A DNA stretch of 64,000 bases, taken from positions 32,001 through 96,000 of IMG/VR virus record IMGVR_UViG_3300020048_000017; one strand, 5' to 3'. Each line of letters begins with the position of its first letter. The first letter of the stretch is position 1. Both the position numbers and the translations under genes were made by a program. Source of the stretch: a virus. The notes below the pieces were generated by a model. The model saw only the letters and a list, made by a program, of their open reading frames with translations, was not told where the DNA came from and did no database searches. This document shows, one piece after another, positions 63,855 to 64,000 of the stretch.

Positions 63855-64000
63855 AAAACTTTTCGCAACTCTATGTCGTATTTTTCTTCTATTAATTGTT
63901 TAAACTTTTCTGGGTCTTTGTCTAATAAAGACTCTTCTTCAGCGAAGACTTCTATCAACTTAAAGCCGTTAATCTCGCACCACTCAAGTTTCTTTAAGTC
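63851..64000 (-). CDS. 3' end of a Vsr/DUF559-like endonuclease (partial)
   Basis: Manual translation DLKKLEWCEINGFKLIEV...LRKVL*. Confidence 0.55.
   Translation of the reverse strand, partial: DLKKLEWCEINGFKLIEVFAEEESLLDKDPEKFKQLIEEKYDIELRKVL

Noticed and set aside
1-64000. Genome-wide TAG recoding (code 15)
   Set aside because: All conserved long genes here are intact under code 11. Recoding limited to late genes outside the window cannot be excluded

Overview
A 64-kb segment of a large, AT-rich tailed-phage (Caudoviricetes-like) genome. It holds about 120 tightly packed genes, almost all on the minus strand, and no recognisable capsid or tail genes. Bases 1-31,000 are an early/accessory region of small hypothetical genes plus HNH, Lar-like, RuvB-like, DUF932, DenV-like, SpoU, rIIA/rIIB, phosphoesterases, a kinase, a 5'-nucleotidase, a Pth2-like gene and a tRNA with a CUA (amber suppressor) anticodon. 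Bases 31,000-54,000 encode a 6-TM K+ channel, an endolysin, dTDP-sugar enzymes (RfbA and RfbB; a plant/giant-virus-type epimerase-reductase lies at 21.3 kb), several glycosyltransferase-like genes, two RNA ligases, a Prs-like + NAMPT-like pair (NARP1-type NAD+ reconstitution), and macrodomain and NADAR-like genes. Bases 54,000-64,000 are the replication module: an SSB-like gene, a DnaE-type polymerase in three pieces, a DnaQ exonuclease, a PD-(D/E)XK nuclease, primase and DnaB. The two catalytic DnaE pieces are joined by a naturally split intein and separated by a free-standing homing endonuclease. Reading the DNA directly shows two promoter classes. One is about 24 sigma70-like TTGAC(A/T)-N16-TAnnnT promoters, mostly 5-6 nt before an ATG (leaderless mRNAs). 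The other is a GTGTA-N9/10-ATG motif in front of lysis and homing-endonuclease genes. All functional calls come from motif recognition by eye, not database searches, and the host is unknown.
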